The translations under genes and the position numbers were made by a program. Positions 10,873 to 21,263 of a DNA stretch of 64,000 bases are shown in pieces. The notes under the pieces were generated by a model that was given only the letters and a program-made list of their open reading frames with translations, was not told the origin of the DNA and made no database searches. Origin of the DNA: Alphaproteobacteria bacterium (GTDB taxonomy: Bacteria > Pseudomonadota > Alphaproteobacteria > UBA2966); contig OZ219856.1 in NCBI GenBank assembly GCA_964291395.2, positions 256,001-320,000 of the forward strand. The letters are read 5' to 3'. Numbering within the stretch: position 1 is the stretch's first letter; the number at the start of each line of letters is the position of its first letter.

Positions 10873-11106
10873 ATGTTCGGCATAAGCCTCTCCAAAATCC
10901 TTCTCACCGCAGCCGTGATCTTCGCCGTCTGGTACGGCTTCAAGTACCTGGGACGCCTCGCCGGGCCGTCCTCGCGGTCCGGCGGCGACGGCGGATCCGC
11001 TGCCGCCGACACGGTCGAGGACCTGCGGAAGTGCGAGGTTTGCGGCGCCTTCGTGGCGCCCGGCGTGGCCCCGACCTGCGACCGTGGCGACTGCCTTCAC
11101 CGGTGA
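10873..11106 (+). CDS. small membrane-anchored protein with C-terminal CxxC...CxxxxC
   Basis: MFGISLSKILL hydrophobic N-terminus; CEVC and CDRGDC. Confidence 0.7.
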   Translation: MFGISLSKILLTAAVIFAVWYGFKYLGRLAGPSSRSGGDGGSAAADTVEDLRKCEVCGAFVAPGVAPTCDRGDCLHR

Positions 11107-11217
11107 CGCCGGCGGTCGAGAGCTTCCTTGACCATGGCGGGGTCCACGGCTACCTTCCGCCGCGAGCCGGCACCCCCTGCTAAAGACCTGAATTCACGTC
11201 GATGAGGAAACCGTTCG

Positions 11218-12108
11218 ATGGCGGCTTCCAGCCCCCCCGCGCATTCCTTTCAGAACCTGATTCTCGAACTTCAGAGGTTCTGGGCGGACCAGGGGTGCGT
11301 GATCCTTCAGCCCTACGACATGGAGGTGGGCGCCGGCACGTTCCATCCCGCGACGACGTTGCGTTCCCTGGGGCCGGAGCCCTGGAAGGCGGCGTACGTG
11401 CAGCCCTCGCGGCGCCCCGCGGATGGCCGCTACGGTGAGAATCCGAACCGGGTGCAGCGCTTCTACCAGTATCAGGTAATCCTCAAGCCATCGCCCGACG
11501 ACATCCTGGACGTCTATCTGACGAGTCTCGCCCACATCGGCATCGACGCCGCCGACCACGACATCCGCTTCGTCGAGGACGACTGGGAGAGCCCGACCCT
11601 GGGCGCCTGGGGGCTCGGCTGGGAGGTCTGGTGCGACGGCATGGAGATCTCGCAGTTCACCTACTTTCAGCAGGTCGGTGGGTTCGACTGCGAGCCCGTC
11701 TCGGGCGAGATCACCTACGGGCTCGAGCGTCTGGCCATGTACATCCAGGGCATCGACAACATCTTCGATCTCGACTGGAACGGCGTCGAGGGCGAGGGGT
11801 GCTTTACGTACGGAGACGTCTACCGGCGCAGCGAGCGCGAGTTCTCCGCTTACAATTTCGAGCGCGCCGATACCGATATTCTGCTCCGGCAGTTCGTCGA
11901 CGCCGAGGCCGCCTGCGGACAGCTCGTGGAGGCCGGGCTGGCGCTGCCGGCATATGATCAGTGCATGAAGGCCTCGCATCTGTTCAATCTCCTGGATGCG
12001 CGCGGCGTCGTCAGCGTCACCGAGCGGGCCGCCTATATCGCCCGCGTGCGGGCGCTCGCCCGGGCGAGCTGCGAGCAATGGCTCGGCCAGGCGGCGGGGG
12101 AAGCGTGA
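11218..12108 (+). CDS. glyQ: glycine--tRNA ligase alpha subunit
   Basis: [49 protein letters not shown]. Confidence 0.98.
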   Translation: MAASSPPAHSFQNLILELQRFWADQGCVILQPYDMEVGAGTFHPATTLRSLGPEPWKAAYVQPSRRPADGRYGENPNRVQRFYQYQVILKPSPDDILDVYLTSLAHIGIDAADHDIRFVEDDWESPTLGAWGLGWEVWCDGMEISQFTYFQQVGGFDCEPVSGEITYGLERLAMYIQGIDNIFDLDWNGVEGEGCFTYGDVYRRSEREFSAYNFERADTDILLRQFVDAEAACGQLVEAGLALPAYDQCMKASHLFNLLDARGVVSVTERAAYIARVRALARASCEQWLGQAAGEA

Positions 12109-12111
12109 ACC

Positions 12112-14187
12112 GTGCCGGAACTGCTGCTCGAGCTCCTGTCCGAAGAGATCCCGGCCCGCATGCAGGCGCGGGCCTCTGCGGATCTCAAGAAACTGGTCGA
12201 AGAGGCCCTCGACGAGGCGAACCTCCCGTTCGGGTCGATCGATACCTACGTCACGCCGCGCCGGTTGACGCTGGTCGCCGACGGCCTGTCCGCGCGGCAG
12301 CCGGACATTCGCGAGGAACGTAAGGGGCCTCGCGCCGATGCGCCGGAAAGGGCGATCACCGGGTTCCTGAACTCCGTAGGCCTCGGCCGCGATCAGATCG
12401 AGGAACGGGAGACCGGCAATGGCACCGTCCTGTTCGCCGTGATCGAGCGTACCGGACGGGACACCCCCGAGGCGCTCGCCGACATCCTGCCCGATTCGCT
12501 GAGGAGGCTGCCGTGGCCCAAATCCATGCGCTGGGGCAGCCGGTCTCTGCGCTGGGTCAGGCCGTTGCATGGAATCTTGTGCCTGTTCGATGGTGCCGTC
12601 GTCGGATTTGCGTTGGAAGACGTCGTTTCCGGGGATACGACCGTCGGGCATCGGTTCCTCTCGCCGCAGCCCTTCTTCGTCACGGGCTTCGCCGACTACG
12701 CGGACAAGCTGAGGCGGGCGCATGTCGTCCTCGACCCCGCGGAGCGGCGCCGGATGATCGCCGGGGGCGCCGAGAAGCTCGCCGCGGCCGAAGGCCTGAA
12801 GATCACGCCCGATGACGCGCTGCTCGACGAAGTGACGGGACTGGTCGAGTGGCCGGTGCCGCTGATCGGGCGGATCGACGCGGAATACATGGACCTGCCG
12901 TCCGAGGTGTTGACCGCGACGATGCGCGTGAACCAGAAATACTTCGCGCTGGAAGATGCCGGCGGAGCGATCGCGCCCCGCTTCGTCGTCATCGCCAATA
13001 CCGAGGCGGCCGACGGTGGCGGGGCCATCGTGGAGGGCAACGAGCGGGTGCTGCGGGCGCGCCTCTCGGACGCGAAGTTCTTCTGGGACCAGGATCGCGG
13101 ACGGACGCTGGCGAGCCGGGCGCCGGAGCTCGCCAAGATCATCTTCCATGCCAGGCTCGGCACGCTCGACGAGAAAGCCGATCGCATGCAGGCGCTCGCC
13201 ACCTCGATCTCCAGGCACGTTCCCGGTGCCGACATGGACCGGGTGCGCTCCGCGTCGCGGCTGGCCAAGGCCGATCTCGTCACCGGCATGGTCGGGGAGT
13301 TTCCCGAGCTGCAAGGCCTGATGGGACGACACTATGCTCTTAACGACGGCGAGAACGCCGAGGTCGCGGACGCCGTCGCCGAGCACTACGCGCCGCGGGG
13401 GCCGCGGGACCGCTGCCCGACGGCGCCGGTCAGCGTCGCCGTGGCCCTCGCCGACAAGATCGACACCCTGGTGGGTTTCTACGCCATCGGCGAGAAGCCG
13501 ACCGGCTCCAAGGATCCGTTCGCGCTGCGGCGCGCGGCCTTGGGCGTCATCCGCCTGATCCTGCAAAACTCGTTGAGCCTCAAGCTCCGCGGCGTATTCA
13601 TGAACGCTTACGAACTGTATGCGGAGTCGGCTGTCGCGGGTTCGCGCGCCGACGAGGTCGCGCGCGAGCTCATGGAATTCATCGCCGACCGTCTCAAGGT
13701 GCATCTGCGCGACCGGGGGATCCGTCACGACCGGATCACGGCCGTCTTCTCGTTGACGGGCGAGGATGACCTGTTGCGGTTCATGGCGCGAGTCGGCGCT
13801 CTCGACGAGTTCCTGGCTGGCGAGGACGGCGAGAACCTGCTGACGGCCTATCGGCGCGCCGCCAACATCGTGCGCATCGAGGAGAAGAACGACGGCGCGG
13901 CCTATCAGGGGCGGGCCGACGACGCATTGCTGCGCGAGCGGCAGGAACGAGAGCTGTTCGACGCCCTGGCGGCCTCGGAGAAGGAGATCGCGGAGCGTCT
14001 GGCGGCGGAGCAGTACGTCGATGCGATGTCGGCGCTCAGCCGGCTGCGACGCCCGGTGGACGCGTTCTTCGACGACGTCACCGTGAATTGCGGCGAGCCG
14101 GACCTTCGCCGCAATCGCTTGTTCCTGCTCTCCCAGATCGGCTCGGCTTTGGAGAGCGTCGCCGATTTTTCCAAGATCGAGGGATAA
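12112..14187 (+). CDS. glyS: glycine--tRNA ligase beta subunit
   Basis: [43 protein letters not shown]. Confidence 0.97.
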   Translation: MPELLLELLSEEIPARMQARASADLKKLVEEALDEANLPFGSIDTYVTPRRLTLVADGLSARQPDIREERKGPRADAPERAITGFLNSVGLGRDQIEERETGNGTVLFAVIERTGRDTPEALADILPDSLRRLPWPKSMRWGSRSLRWVRPLHGILCLFDGAVVGFALEDVVSGDTTVGHRFLSPQPFFVTGFADYADKLRRAHVVLDPAERRRMIAGGAEKLAAAEGLKITPDDALLDEVTGLVEWPVPLIGRIDAEYMDLPSEVLTATMRVNQKYFALEDAGGAIAPRFVVIANTEAADGGGAIVEGNERVLRARLSDAKFFWDQDRGRTLASRAPELAKIIFHARLGTLDEKADRMQALATSISRHVPGADMDRVRSASRLAKADLVTGMVGEFPELQGLMGRHYALNDGENAEVADAVAEHYAPRGPRDRCPTAPVSVAVALADKIDTLVGFYAIGEKPTGSKDPFALRRAALGVIRLILQNSLSLKLRGVFMNAYELYAESAVAGSRADEVARELMEFIADRLKVHLRDRGIRHDRITAVFSLTGEDDLLRFMARVGALDEFLAGEDGENLLTAYRRAANIVRIEEKNDGAAYQGRADDALLRERQERELFDALAASEKEIAERLAAEQYVDAMSALSRLRRPVDAFFDDVTVNCGEPDLRRNRLFLLSQIGSALESVADFSKIEG

Positions 14188-14194
14188 ACGCGGC

Positions 14195-16858
14195 ATGGCG
14201 AATTGGGTCTACACATTCGGCGGCGGAAAGGCGGAGGGCCGCGCCGGCCTGCGTGATCTGCTGGGCGGTAAGGGGGCGAACCTCGCGGAGATGGCGAGTC
14301 TGGGGCTGCCCGTTCCGCCGGGCTTCACGATCACGACGGAGGTGTGCGCCACCTACTATGAGAACGACCGGCAATACCCCGAGGCGTTCGCCGCCGAGGT
14401 CGAAGACGGCATGCGTCACATCGAGTCGGTCGTGGGGTCCCGGTTCGGAGATCCTGGAGACCCGTTGCTCGTTTCCGTGCGCTCCGGCGGCCGTGCCTCC
14501 ATGCCCGGCATGATGGATACCGTGCTCAACCTCGGGCTGAACGACGAGACCGTCGACGGCATGGCGCGGAAGAGCGGTGACGAGCGCTTCGCCTTGGACT
14601 CCTACCGCCGGTTCATTCAGATGTACTCCGACGTCGTGCTGGGCGTCGACCACGGGGACTTCGAGGACCTGTTGGACGCCCACAAGGATCGCAAGGGATG
14701 TCTGCTCGATATCGACCTTGATGCGGACGACTGGCGTCAGGTCGTCCATGCCTTCAAGACGAAGGTCGAGGAACGTCTCGGGTCGCCCTTCCCGCAGGAC
14801 GTCCAGGAACAGCTCTGGGGCGCGGTCGGGGCGGTGTTCGGGTCGTGGATGAACCGCCGCGCCATCACCTATCGCCGTCTGCACCGCATTCCCGACGACT
14901 GGGGCACGGCCGTGAACGTGCAGGCCATGGTCTTCGGCAACATGGGGGACGACTGCGCCACCGGCGTGGCGTTCACCCGCGATCCTTCGACGGGCGCAAG
15001 GCGCTCCTACGGCGAATACCTGGTGAACGCGCAGGGTGAGGACGTCGTCGCGGGCATCCGGACGCCCCAGCACCTGACGATCGCGGCGCGCGAGGCCGAC
15101 GGGTCCAAGTTGCCGGCCATGGAAGAGACCCTGCCCGAGGTCTTCGAGCAGCTCACGGAGGTATTCCGGAAACTGGAGACCCACTACCGCGACATGCAGG
15201 ACATCGAGTTCACGGTGCAGCGCAACAAGCTCTGGATGCTGCAGACCCGGTCCGGCAAGCGGACGGCGCGGGCCGCCCTCAAGATCGCCGTCGACATGGC
15301 GGAGGAAGGCCTGATCACGCCCCGCGAAGCGCTGGCGCGGATCGACGCCGCGTCGCTTGACCAGTTGCTGCATCCGACTCTGGATCCCGATGCCGAGCGG
15401 GACGTGCTCGCCAAGGGTCTCCCGGCTTCGCCGGGCGCGGCGTCGGGTGCCGTCGTGTTCTCGTCCGACGACGCCGAGCATCTGGCGGCGGAGGGGGACA
15501 AAGTCATCCTCGTGCGCATGGAGACCAGCCCCGAGGACATCCACGGCATGCACGCCGCGCAGGGCATTCTGACGAGCCGGGGCGGCATGACCAGCCACGC
15601 CGCGGTCGTGGCCCGTGGCATGGGCCGGCCCTGCGTGTCGGGTGCCGGCGCGCTCCATATCGACGACGCCGGACAGTGCCTGACCGTTGGCGGCCGGACG
15701 GTCTCCAAGGGCGAAATTCTGACCATCGACGGGTCGACCGGCGAGGTCATGGTCGGCGAGGTCAAGATGATGCAGCCCGAACTGTCGGGGGACTTCGCCA
15801 AGGTGATGGCCTGGGCCGACGAGGTCCGGCGTCTCGAGGTCAGGACCAATGCGGAGACGCCGACCGACGCCCGGACGGCGCGTGATTTCGGCGCCGAAGG
15901 CATCGGACTCTGCCGGACCGAGCATATGTTCTTCGATGCCGACCGGATCGTCGCGGTCCGCGAGATGATCGTCGCCGACGATGAGGAGGGGCGGCGGGCG
16001 GCCCTCGACAAGATCCTGCCCATGCAGCGGGACGATTTCGCCGAGATCTTCCGAATCATGGCCGGACTACCGGTCACGGTACGCCTGTTGGATCCCCCGC
16101 TGCACGAGTTCCTGCCGCACACGGACGGGGAGATCGGCGACGTGGCGGCGGCAGCCGGCATGGACCCGGCCGTGCTGCGCCTCCGCGTCAATCAACTGCG
16201 GGAATCCAACCCCATGCTCGGTCACCGGGGATGCCGCCTGGGCATCACCTACCCCGAGATCTACGAGATGCAGGCGCGGGCGATCTTCGAGGCCGCGCTC
16301 GACGTGGGCGCCGAACTCGGCGTGACCGTCGAGCCCGAGGTCATGCTGCCGCTGATCGCGACGCGCAAGGAGTTCGACATGCTGCGCGCCAAGGTCGACC
16401 GCGTGGCGGACCAACTGGCGGTGGAGCGGGGCGAGCGTCCGGCCTACCTCGTCGGCACGATGATCGAGCTGCCGCGCGCGGCATTGCGGGCCGGCGAGAT
16501 CGCGGAGGGAGCCGAATTTTTCAGTTTCGGCACCAACGACCTGACTCAAACGACCTTCGGGATCAGCCGCGACGACGCGGCCGCGTTCCTCGACGACTAT
16601 ATCCGGCACGAGATCTTCGCCGGCGATCCCTTCGTCAGCCTGGATGTCGACGGCGTGGGCGAACTGGTCGAGATCGCCGCCGAACGGGGCCGCGAGTCGC
16701 GGTCCGATCTCAAGCTCGGAATCTGCGGCGAGCACGGCGGCGACCCGGCCTCGGTCGCGTTCTGCCATCGCATCGGCCTGGACTACGTATCGTGTTCCCC
16801 CTATCGGGTGCCCATCGCCCGCCTCGCCTCCGCCCAGGCCGCGTTGAGGGACGACTGA
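14195..16858 (+). CDS. ppdK: pyruvate, phosphate dikinase
   Basis: LLGGKGANLAEM, GGMTSHAAVVARG (phospho-His), GLCRTEHMF, SFGTNDLTQ, GICGEHGG. Confidence 0.98.
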   Translation: MANWVYTFGGGKAEGRAGLRDLLGGKGANLAEMASLGLPVPPGFTITTEVCATYYENDRQYPEAFAAEVEDGMRHIESVVGSRFGDPGDPLLVSVRSGGRASMPGMMDTVLNLGLNDETVDGMARKSGDERFALDSYRRFIQMYSDVVLGVDHGDFEDLLDAHKDRKGCLLDIDLDADDWRQVVHAFKTKVEERLGSPFPQDVQEQLWGAVGAVFGSWMNRRAITYRRLHRIPDDWGTAVNVQAMVFGNMGDDCATGVAFTRDPSTGARRSYGEYLVNAQGEDVVAGIRTPQHLTIAAREADGSKLPAMEETLPEVFEQLTEVFRKLETHYRDMQDIEFTVQRNKLWMLQTRSGKRTARAALKIAVDMAEEGLITPREALARIDAASLDQLLHPTLDPDAERDVLAKGLPASPGAASGAVVFSSDDAEHLAAEGDKVILVRMETSPEDIHGMHAAQGILTSRGGMTSHAAVVARGMGRPCVSGAGALHIDDAGQCLTVGGRTVSKGEILTIDGSTGEVMVGEVKMMQPELSGDFAKVMAWADEVRRLEVRTNAETPTDARTARDFGAEGIGLCRTEHMFFDADRIVAVREMIVADDEEGRRAALDKILPMQRDDFAEIFRIMAGLPVTVRLLDPPLHEFLPHTDGEIGDVAAAAGMDPAVLRLRVNQLRESNPMLGHRGCRLGITYPEIYEMQARAIFEAALDVGAELGVTVEPEVMLPLIATRKEFDMLRAKVDRVADQLAVERGERPAYLVGTMIELPRAALRAGEIAEGAEFFSFGTNDLTQTTFGISRDDAAAFLDDYIRHEIFAGDPFVSLDVDGVGELVEIAAERGRESRSDLKLGICGEHGGDPASVAFCHRIGLDYVSCSPYRVPIARLASAQAALRDD

Positions 16859-16887
16859 CGATAACGCCGCGGTTGTGAGCGGTCGTG

Positions 16888-17484
16888 ATGACACGGAGCA
16901 AACTCGACCGGCTGTTGGCCCAGATCCGGGCCTGCCGGATCTGCGAAGAGCATCTGCCGCTCGGTCCCCGCCCGGTGCTCAGGGCCCGGCGGTCGGCACG
17001 CGTGCTCATCGTGGGCCAGGCACCGGGAACCAAGGTTCACGAGAGCGGCATACCCTGGAACGATCGCTCGGGTGATCGTCTTCGCGATTGGCTCGCCATT
17101 GATCGCGAGACCTTCTACGACGAGCACCGGATCGCCATCGTGCCGATGGGTTTCTGCTATCCCGGGCGGGACGAGAACGGGGGCGACAGGCCGCCTCGTC
17201 CCGAGTGCGCGCCGGAATGGCACCCGAAGATTCTGCCCGTCCTCGACCGGGTGGAGTTGACCCTGCTGGTCGGCAGCTACGCCCAGGCGCATTACCTCGG
17301 CCGGCGCCGCGGCCGCACCGTGACCGCAACCGTCGGGCGCTGGCGTGAGTTCCTTCCCGAATACCTCCCGACGCCCCACCCGAGCTGGCGAACGACGGCC
17401 TGGGTGCGCAGGAATCCCTGGTTCGAGGCCGACCTCCTGCCGGAGCTCCGCGGCCGCGTCGCCGCCGCCCTGGCCTCGCGGTAG
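16888..17484 (+). CDS. uracil-DNA glycosylase family protein
   Basis: CxxC, IVGQAPG, PMGFCYPG, PHPSWR. Confidence 0.88.
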   Translation: MTRSKLDRLLAQIRACRICEEHLPLGPRPVLRARRSARVLIVGQAPGTKVHESGIPWNDRSGDRLRDWLAIDRETFYDEHRIAIVPMGFCYPGRDENGGDRPPRPECAPEWHPKILPVLDRVELTLLVGSYAQAHYLGRRRGRTVTATVGRWREFLPEYLPTPHPSWRTTAWVRRNPWFEADLLPELRGRVAAALASR

Positions 17485-17522
17485 ACGCATTCCTCGACGC
17501 CTTTCCCCTTGTCCGGATTTGT

Positions 17523-17626
17523 TCCCTCGCCAACAGGGGGAGGGTTCGGGCCTTCGCCGCGCCGAAGAGGCTCCCGCCTCGGCGCAGCCTCCGACGCCGC
17601 CGGCTCGTCCCCGGAGGCGGGTGGGG
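17523..17626. repeat. nested palindromic intergenic repeat
   Basis: ccctc...gaggg REP-like unit interrupted by a CGGG-bounded GC-rich insert containing a cccgcctc...gaggcggg inverted repeat. Confidence 0.5.
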
Positions 17627-17731
17627 CGTGTCGTGTGTTCGCGTTGGTATTGGATCCCACGTCCGTCGACCCCTCGCGTTGAATCCAGATCGGGAGAAAC
17701 TGCCCCTCCGCAACTCCCAACTCACGACCGT

Positions 17732-17863
17732 TTCGGGGACATTCCAGATGCCTTCACCGTCGCGGGATCCTTGATCCTGACAGTCAGCGGACTGTTCGTG
17801 TACTTCCGGGGGCGCGTCCACGCCCGCCGATCCGCCGTCGTGAAAGTTTCGCCGGAACGCTGA
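17732..17863 (+). pseudogene. C-terminal remnant of a DMT/EamA transporter
   Basis: FGDIPDAFTVAGSLILTVSGLFVYFRGRV aligns to FDALPDGPTIVGALIIVLSGLFLFYRERV of the next gene; no N-terminal part. Confidence 0.65.
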
Positions 17864-18048
17864 CCACGGAGGCAGGGGGAGATGCTCGCGAGAGGCGAAA
17901 CTCCCGCCCATCGGAACATCGTTTCTCCGGATATCGCGTTCGAATCCTTCAGAGGCTCTGCGCGCCTCCGTGGTCAATCCGCCCCGATGGCGGTTTACTC
18001 CCGCCAGCGCCGCGTATATGAGCGGTGCCGCAATCAACGTCGGGGTCC

Positions 18049-18963
18049 ATGAACAGCAGCACGGGTGCGGTGGTCCAGCAGACGAACGTCGTTCGGGCGA
18101 TAGCCTTCATCGCCGTCGGCATGACGTTCTTCGGCCTGTCCGACGCACTGGCCAAGCTGCTCGTCGCTGACCTTCCCGTTTTCGAGGTGGTGTGGGCCCG
18201 TTACACCTTTCACTTCGTCTTCCTGTTCGTGCTGCTCCGGCCCAAGAGCCTCCGGCGGCTCGTTCGGACCCGGCATCCGCGCCTTCAGTTCATCCGATCG
18301 GCCATGCATTTCATGGCGGCGTTTTGCGCCTTCCTGGCGCTCCGCTATCTGCCGCTGGCAGAGGCCACGGCCATCGCCTTCCTGTGGCCGCTGCTGGCCT
18401 GCGTGCTCTCCGTGCCCATTCTCGGAGAGCGCGTCGGCAGGTGGCGTTGGGCGGCGATCTTCGTCGGTCTGGCCGGGGCGCTGATCATCATCCGGCCGGG
18501 ACTGGGCGTGGTTCATTGGGCCGCGTTCCTGGCTCTCGGCATGGCGGCCGCCTATGCCGCCTACCACGTGCTGACCCGTCGGGTCGGCGCGGCCGATCCC
18601 TTCATGACCAGCTTGTTCTACATGGGAACGGTCGGCGTGGTGGTCACGACGGCGACGCTGCCGTTCATTTGGATGCCGCCCGACCAGACGCAGTGGCTGC
18701 TGCTGGCGACGCTCGGGCTGTCCGGCGCGACGAGCCATTTCTGTGTCATCCAGGCGCTGCAGAACGCAGCCGCCTCGACCCTGGCGCCCTTCGGCTACAT
18801 TCACCTCGTTTCCGCCACGCTCCTCGGCTACGTGATCTTCGATGCGCTGCCCGACGGCCCCACGATCGTGGGTGCGTTGATCATCGTCCTGAGCGGACTG
18901 TTTCTGTTCTATCGGGAGCGGGTGCGGACGCGCGAAGCGGGCGGTCGGGGGAGCCGGGGATGA
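18049..18963 (+). CDS. DMT/EamA family transporter
   Basis: About 10 hydrophobic segments, LPLAEATAI, LGERVG, ASTLAPFGY. Confidence 0.92.
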   Translation: MNSSTGAVVQQTNVVRAIAFIAVGMTFFGLSDALAKLLVADLPVFEVVWARYTFHFVFLFVLLRPKSLRRLVRTRHPRLQFIRSAMHFMAAFCAFLALRYLPLAEATAIAFLWPLLACVLSVPILGERVGRWRWAAIFVGLAGALIIIRPGLGVVHWAAFLALGMAAAYAAYHVLTRRVGAADPFMTSLFYMGTVGVVVTTATLPFIWMPPDQTQWLLLATLGLSGATSHFCVIQALQNAAASTLAPFGYIHLVSATLLGYVIFDALPDGPTIVGALIIVLSGLFLFYRERVRTREAGGRGSRG

Positions 18964-19090
18964 CTCCCACCCCGGCATTCCTTGTCACCTGCCCGGCAGG
19001 CCGTGTCGGAGGGCGAAAAAAAGGAGATGAAGCAGCCATTCCTCGCTTCTCCCTCCTGTCAGGGGGGAGGCCGGGGAGAGGGTGGGGCCC
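18963..19090. repeat. REP-like palindromic element between convergent genes
   Basis: ctccctcctg-t-caggggggag hairpin followed by ggggagagggtgggg; 5' cccaccccgg complementary to the 3' part. Confidence 0.5.
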
Positions 19091-19131
19091 CAACATCGTG
19101 CGAACTATGCGAAAGACTTGGCGCGGGAGGG

Positions 19132-19692
19132 TCAAACCTCCTCGTAGCGGAAGCAGTCGACGATGTGGTCGTTCACGATGCCGACGGCCTGCATGAAGGC
19201 GTAGCAGATGGTGGGGCCGCAGAAACCGAATCCCCGGGCCTTGAGGGCCTTGCTCATGGCTCGGGACTCGGGCGACTCGGCGGGAACGTCCTGTCGGCGC
19301 CCGTAGGCGTTCTTGATGGTACGGCCGTCCGTGAACTGCCAGATGAAGTCGTTGAAGGTCTGGCCGGACTCCAGCAGGTCGAGGTAGGCCCGGGCGTTTC
19401 TGACGGTGCCCTCGATCTTGGCGCGGTTGCGGACGATGCCCGCGTCCTTCATCAGCGATTCGACCTTGCGCCGGTCGTAGCGGGCGATCCGTGCCGGTTC
19501 GAAGCCGTCGAACGCGCCGCGGAAACTGTCCCGCTTCCGGAGGATGGTGATCCACGACAGTCCGGCCTGGAATCCGTCGAGGATCAGCTTTTCGAACAGG
19601 GTCCGGTCGTCGTGCTCGGGGACGCCCCACTCCTCGTCGTGATAGGCGACGTACAGCGGGTCGTCGCCCGGCCAGGAACACCGCGTCTTCAT
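19132..19692 (-). CDS. tag: DNA-3-methyladenine glycosylase I
   Basis: RCSW, YHDEEWG, FQAGLSW, IVRNRAKI, VNDHIVDC. Confidence 0.95.
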   Translation of the reverse strand: MKTRCSWPGDDPLYVAYHDEEWGVPEHDDRTLFEKLILDGFQAGLSWITILRKRDSFRGAFDGFEPARIARYDRRKVESLMKDAGIVRNRAKIEGTVRNARAYLDLLESGQTFNDFIWQFTDGRTIKNAYGRRQDVPAESPESRAMSKALKARGFGFCGPTICYAFMQAVGIVNDHIVDCFRYEEV

Positions 19693-20075
19693 GGGACCAA
19701 CGGGGAGTCGGTGCGGCATACGGCCTCCACCTTCGCACCCGTGGGATCGAAGACGAAGGCGCCGTAGTAGTCGGGGCCGTACATGGGCCGCGGTCCGGGC
19801 GCGCCCGCGTCCCGCCCGCCGTGGGTGAGCGCCGCCGCGTGGAACGCGTCGACGGCCTCTTTGGTCGTCGCGGCGAAGCCGACGTGAAATCCGCGCCCCG
19901 GCGAAAAATCGGATTGCTCGGACGCGCCGATCCAGAACGTCGCCCGGTCGTAACCGTAGCCGATCGTGGTCGGCAGCTCCCTGAACCGTCGCATGCCGAG
20001 AGCTCCCAGGGCAGCGTCGTAGAATGCGGCGCTCACTTCGAGGTCGGTCACGCCGATGGACACGTGGTCGATCAT
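19689..20075 (-). CDS. VOC/glyoxalase family protein
   Basis: IDHVSIGV, HVGFAA, YYGAFVFDP. Confidence 0.9.
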   Translation of the reverse strand: MIDHVSIGVTDLEVSAAFYDAALGALGMRRFRELPTTIGYGYDRATFWIGASEQSDFSPGRGFHVGFAATTKEAVDAFHAAALTHGGRDAGAPGPRPMYGPDYYGAFVFDPTGAKVEAVCRTDSPLVP

Positions 20076-20119
20076 GTCATGCTCCGGTCTTGGGCGGTTC
20101 GCAGCCGAGGCGGCGGCCG

Positions 20120-21055
20120 TTACCTCGGCTCCGCGTCAGCCGTGTCGTCGAGCGCCATCCACGCCGGCACGTCGGGCGTGATCTCGGTTCCGCCGGCCGT
20201 CAATGACAAGCCCTGTTCTCGCGCCGACTTCAGGGACTCGACCCTCAACAGGGCGAGACCTCTCCGGCCTGCGCTCGACCGCATTTCGCCGACATTCTTG
20301 TCGTTGAGCGTGATTGCCGTACCGGTGGCGGGCAGGGCCCCTTCCGACCTGACGGGGAACAATCGTTTGCGGATCTTGGCGCGATAATGGGTGCGCGCCG
20401 TCAATTCCTGGCCGACGTAGCAGCCCTTCTCGTAATCGATGGCGTTGAGATCGTCGAGATTGCACTCCAGGGGAAAGGACCTCTCGACGAGAATATCCCG
20501 GCTGCCGTCGGGGATTCCGTGTGACAGGCGCAGCTCGTCGTACACGCCGCTCCCGGTGCGCACGAAGCCGGACTCTTCGAGCAGTCGGGTGATCGTGGAG
20601 GCCGGACCGATGGCCCGCGCCCCGAGCGCGGCGAGGCGCGGGTCGACAAAGGCCACGCCGCCCGCCCGCGGGGCCGCCGTGCCAGCTTCCGGCTCAAGGC
20701 CGAGGGCCGGCGCGGCCTCGTGACCGAAAGCCGCGGATACGGCCCAGTCCGGCGTCGCCCGCTCCAGCACGACGTCGGCACGAAGCCGGTACATGCCGAA
20801 TCGTCGTTCCAGATCGTCGATGCGCCCGGCCTCCGCGTCGAGGAGATAGGCGCCGTCGCCCGCCGGATGAGCCGCGACGAAGAAGTCATGCAGGAACTTG
20901 CCTTGCGGAGTCAGCAGTGTCCCGTAGATGGTTCGATTCGGACTCACGCGATCGACGTCGTTGGAGATCAGGTTCTGGAGAAACGCGCCCGCGTCCGCGC
21001 CCGAAACCACGAGCAGGCCGCGCATTTCCAGGACGGTGAAGTTCCTTTCGGTCAT
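20120..21055 (-). CDS. ygfZ: folate-binding Fe-S cluster assembly factor YgfZ/GcvT-like
   Basis: LLTPQGK, KGCYVGQE signature. Confidence 0.92.
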   Translation of the reverse strand: MTERNFTVLEMRGLLVVSGADAGAFLQNLISNDVDRVSPNRTIYGTLLTPQGKFLHDFFVAAHPAGDGAYLLDAEAGRIDDLERRFGMYRLRADVVLERATPDWAVSAAFGHEAAPALGLEPEAGTAAPRAGGVAFVDPRLAALGARAIGPASTITRLLEESGFVRTGSGVYDELRLSHGIPDGSRDILVERSFPLECNLDDLNAIDYEKGCYVGQELTARTHYRAKIRKRLFPVRSEGALPATGTAITLNDKNVGEMRSSAGRRGLALLRVESLKSAREQGLSLTAGGTEITPDVPAWMALDDTADAEPR

Positions 21056-21263
21056 GTCGGGAGGTTCCTCGATCTACGTGCCGGTAGAGTTATGCGAGGC
21101 CCGTCCGTCTGGCAAGGGCGCTCTTGGCAGCGACGCGCGGCCGGGCGTATAACCGCTGGCAGTTGAGGCTCGGCCGCCGGGACGATGCGCCTTCGCCCTG
21201 ACGGCGGGGTGCCGCCTCTATGTTGCACTGTTCGAGCGGCTGACCGGTTGAAGTAGGGCGAAC

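Noticed and set aside
11194-14196. 1000-aa antisense ORF over glyQ/glyS
   Set aside because: Shadow frame of high-GC coding sequence; no motifs
14078-15925. 615-aa antisense ORF over ppdK (likewise 28217-30310 over dnaE2 and 39713-41533 over the ABC ATPase)
   Set aside because: Antisense shadows of well-supported genes
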